Source: Octopus bimaculoides
Taxonomy: Eukaryota
Length of the DNA: 43,078 nt
Direction: 5' to 3'
NCBI RefSeq assembly: GCF_001194135.2
Contig: NC_069002.1
Coordinates: 8,102,626-8,145,703 of the forward strand
Positions 41,907 to 43,078 of this stretch are shown here, one piece after another (the stretch's first letter is position 1; each line of letters begins with the position of its first letter). A program made the translations under genes and the position numbers. The notes under the pieces were generated by a model. It saw only the letters and a list, made by a program, of their open reading frames with translations, searched no databases and was not told the DNA's origin.

Positions 41907-42030
41907 TGTTGTTACTAACTTACGTTTACTTTGATAGTGTATTCTTTTCTTTCTTCTTGTTGCTTTCTCTCCAGATTTTGTATGTCTTGTCTATAATTAT
42001 TGACATAGCCATCCACAACATCTTCACACT
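28342..42030 (-). CDS. EVC2: EVC2/limbin-like coiled-coil protein, 3' exons; 5' end beyond the window
   Basis: Phase-consistent GT-AG exons: 42030-41924, 40660-40563, 40104-40012, 39423-39315, 38731-38606, 38106-38005, 37330-37214, 35751-35698, 33908-33739, 33109-33022, 32263-32118, 31679-31596, 29296-29209, then a terminal exon (28356-28342 KKNL*, or 28123-27905). By eye against the remembered human EVC2 C-terminus: SLTLNKLRQQSLLEE vs SLALPKIRARVLLQQ; INKSLLKQREKAKQEQEEKLGETIARLNLEKAKQ vs VRGELLRERVQRMEAQEGGFAQSLVALQFQKASR; LQMNEVKLILSLLAM vs LCSQELRLASYLARM. The gene model is solid (about 0.9); the EVC2 identity is less certain. Confidence 0.65.
29209..29296 (-). CDS. EVC2-like exon (YFVLPEKLQFERYNFTPLREKNGSNNQNE)
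   Basis: (caa)n cag| ... GAG|gtgaag; phase 2 to 0; acceptor lacks a pyrimidine tract. Confidence 0.6.
30446..30517 (-). CDS. Possible additional 72-nt EVC2-like exon (SLSTSGYNVSFCNLLRSSKLIFD)
   Basis: Open and phase-compatible (2 to 2), but weak acceptor and donor; may be chance. Confidence 0.3.
30699..31230. mobile_element. Rearranged mariner remnant (left TIR, N-terminal HTH, inverted internal fragment)
   Basis: TA+cgtgatctgatcaataagtatccggac TIR-like end; + strand MTEKAEHRICIKFCQNLGDT; - strand RIIIRDLSEDIQISYGSVQSII*DLG...SAKFVPKLL...ENDEHFLK with a stop and a frameshift. Confidence 0.85.
31596..31679 (-). CDS. EVC2-like exon (NSVLETKIHDLVVKNTESQKTNDGDNK)
   Basis: ttttctgtgacag| ... 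|gtaagt; phase 2 to 2. Confidence 0.82.
32118..32263 (-). CDS. EVC2-like exon (EVKLILSLLAMNKIKREEIFKAIKIPVELKNLINEIQNSKNGSELPEE)
   Basis: cacttttag| ... AG|gtacgc; phase 0 to 2. Confidence 0.88.
33022..33109 (-). CDS. EVC2-like exon (NQMNVQLKQNIEELSQQSDIKIQTDLQMN)
   Basis: atcttacag| ... |gtaata; phase 2 to 0. Confidence 0.88.
33268..33416 (-). mobile_element. SINE family B head, degenerate
   Basis: gttttcgtctaccaaattcactc...gggactgaacccg. Confidence 0.7.
33451..33662. mobile_element. 212-bp Tc1/mariner-type MITE
   Basis: 27-bp TIRs CAGGGTGTCCACAAAGTCTGGGTACAT (1 mismatch), TA on both sides, internal 85-bp tandem duplication. Confidence 0.9.
33739..33908 (-). CDS. EVC2-like exon (ELTKKLEVRKIQRE...NKHILERERF)
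   Basis: tacccatag| ... |gtaaga; phase 0 to 2. Confidence 0.9.
35698..35751 (-). CDS. EVC2-like exon (KQQKLQQESEEKKKKFDE)
   Basis: ctatttcag| ... GAG|gtattt; 54 nt. Confidence 0.82.
37005..37968. mobile_element. Three SINE family B fragments (37005-37092 -, 37405-37525 -, 37795-37968 +)
   Basis: Head and tail motifs shared with the other copies. Confidence 0.7.
37214..37330 (-). CDS. EVC2-like exon (MCLLEEKARAIDGMNTMLMEDMRVNGDAESQKIIEEHTK)
   Basis: acttgtcag| ... AAG|gtaaat; phase 0 to 0. Confidence 0.9.
38005..38106 (-). CDS. EVC2-like exon (INKSLLKQREKAKQEQEEKLGETIARLNLEKAKQ)
   Basis: accttag| ... CAG|gttagc; phase 0 to 0. Confidence 0.9.
38606..38731 (-). CDS. EVC2-like exon (SGDTNTECGD...NLSSEIEE), acidic linker
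   Basis: caacag| ... GAG|gtatag; 126 nt, phase 0 to 0, open; symmetric, so it could be skipped. Confidence 0.65.
39315..39423 (-). CDS. EVC2-like exon (LTLNKLRQQSLLEEKLAMKRKQKIDNLEKQQALEAK)
   Basis: atccaccag| ... |gtaact; phase 2 to 0. Confidence 0.9.
39805..39887. repeat. (AGAT)n microsatellite
   Basis: About 20 perfect units. Confidence 0.95.
40012..40104 (-). CDS. EVC2-like exon (ELLKIQDSMSDENRKRILDEHEMQKMRFEK)
   Basis: tctttcacag| ... AG|gtattg; phase 2 to 2. Confidence 0.88.
40563..40660 (-). CDS. EVC2-like exon (EKLSQKQKESLEQNEEEKESLERMSENRAEVV)
   Basis: ttccatcgcag| ... |gtatgt; phase 0 to 2. Confidence 0.88.
41040..41240 (+). mobile_element. tRNA-derived SINE, family A
   Basis: ggcggcgagctggcagaaacgttagc...gttcaaatt...gtcgactttgc; flanked by near-identical aatattttgat(t/c)att at 41022-41036 and 41238-41252 (likely TSD). 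Confidence 0.85.
41270..41645 (+). mobile_element. SINE family B, degenerate near full-length
   Basis: ctgcgtggcaccttgggcaag head, internal microsatellite, gactgaaacaag tail. Confidence 0.75.
41924..42030 (-). CDS. EVC2-like exon (CEDVVDGYVNNYRQDIQNLERKQQEERKEYTIKVN)
   Basis: gtttag| ... |gtaagt; phase 1 to 0. Confidence 0.88.
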
Positions 42031-42062
42031 CTAAACATCAAAGGAGATATAATATAAATATA

Positions 42063-42102
<40 letters not shown>

Positions 42103-42689
42103 GGAGGTGTGCGTGGGTGATGTTTGTGGGCGTCTCTGTTGTGTAGGTGTGTGATTGTACATGCGCACGTATGCTTGTATGTATTAGAGTGTATATATGT
42201 GAATCGGTGTAGATGTTTGATTGTATATTTGTGTCCTTTTGCGCGCATGCGTCGGTAAGTGTATATTTATGAACCAGCTTCTGAATTTATGTGTGTTTAT
42301 CACTGTATGTACTTGTGTACGTACGAATGTTAATATGTAAGTGTGTGACTGTATCTCTGTTTGTGGGTGTGTAATTATGTGTGTGTTTGTATCTTGGTGT
42401 ATATATTTGTCTCAGTGTATATGTTTGATTGTGTATACATATCTCGGTGTGTATATCTCCCAATTTTTTTTTTTTTAATATATTTTTTTGTCGTAGTGTC
42501 TTAAGTTTGTCACTTTACAACGAACAGCTTAATAGATGTCAATGTAAGTGAAATGTTTCAGAAATAATTAAGAAATTCAATGAAAGGATAATTAAGATGT
42601 AGAAAGAAAGACGAAAAAACAGGAAGAGAAGAAATGAGAGAAGATGGGAAAATAATAAACAAAAATATAGCATTAAAGACGACGAGTGT

Positions 42690-42968
42690 GTATATGTATG
42701 TATGTATATGTATATTACATATACATATTTATATACATACATATATATGTATATATATACATGCATACACACATCTATATATATATATACATATATACAT
42801 ACATATATACATATATACATCTATATACATATATACATCTATATACATATATATATATATACATCTATATACATATATATATATATATACATATATATAC
42901 ATATATATATATATATACATATATATACATATATATATATATACATATATATACATATATATATATAC

Positions 42969-42999
<31 letters not shown>

Positions 43000-43070
43000 C
43001 ATATATATACATATACATATATATACATATATATATATACATATATATACATATATATATATATATATCA
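42690..43070. repeat. Compound (TA)n/(TACA) microsatellite
   Basis: Direct reading; source of the YIYI ORFs. Confidence 0.95.
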
Positions 43071-43078
43071 CGCTTGGC

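Overview
AT-rich, microsatellite-dense eukaryotic DNA with about 7 kb (about 16%) of N gaps, most of them flanked by (TA)n/(CA)n/(GATA)n/(AAT)n tracts. The repeat content and SINE families look like a coleoid cephalopod, probably an Octopus short-read draft (inference from pattern memory). Nearly all long ORFs in the supplied track are microsatellite or gap artefacts. Assembling exons by hand with GT-AG boundaries and phase checks gives three gene models. (1) A complete 14-exon + strand gene (CDS 8855..25309; 1635 nt, 544 aa) encoding a divergent equilibrative nucleoside transporter (SLC29/ENT family, 11 TM) with an acidic N-tail of about 125 aa. (2) The 3' part of a convergent - strand gene (at least 13 exons, 42030 down to about 28342, continuing beyond the window) encoding a long coiled-coil protein that aligns by eye with the C-terminal region of EVC2/limbin. 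(3) Weaker evidence for the last exons of an unidentified - strand gene at 102..1172, possibly extending to about 6150. Introns hold two tRNA-derived SINE families, a Penelope-like RT fragment with an inverted 5' end, a rearranged mariner, a Tc1/mariner remnant, a TA-flanked MITE with an internal duplication, and a GC-rich 10-bp minisatellite. There is no prokaryotic-type system (no CRISPR array, operon or phage). I found no clearly novel biological system. The best leads are the divergent ENT, the EVC2-like gene and several fold-back structures. All homology calls are from memory, not database searches.
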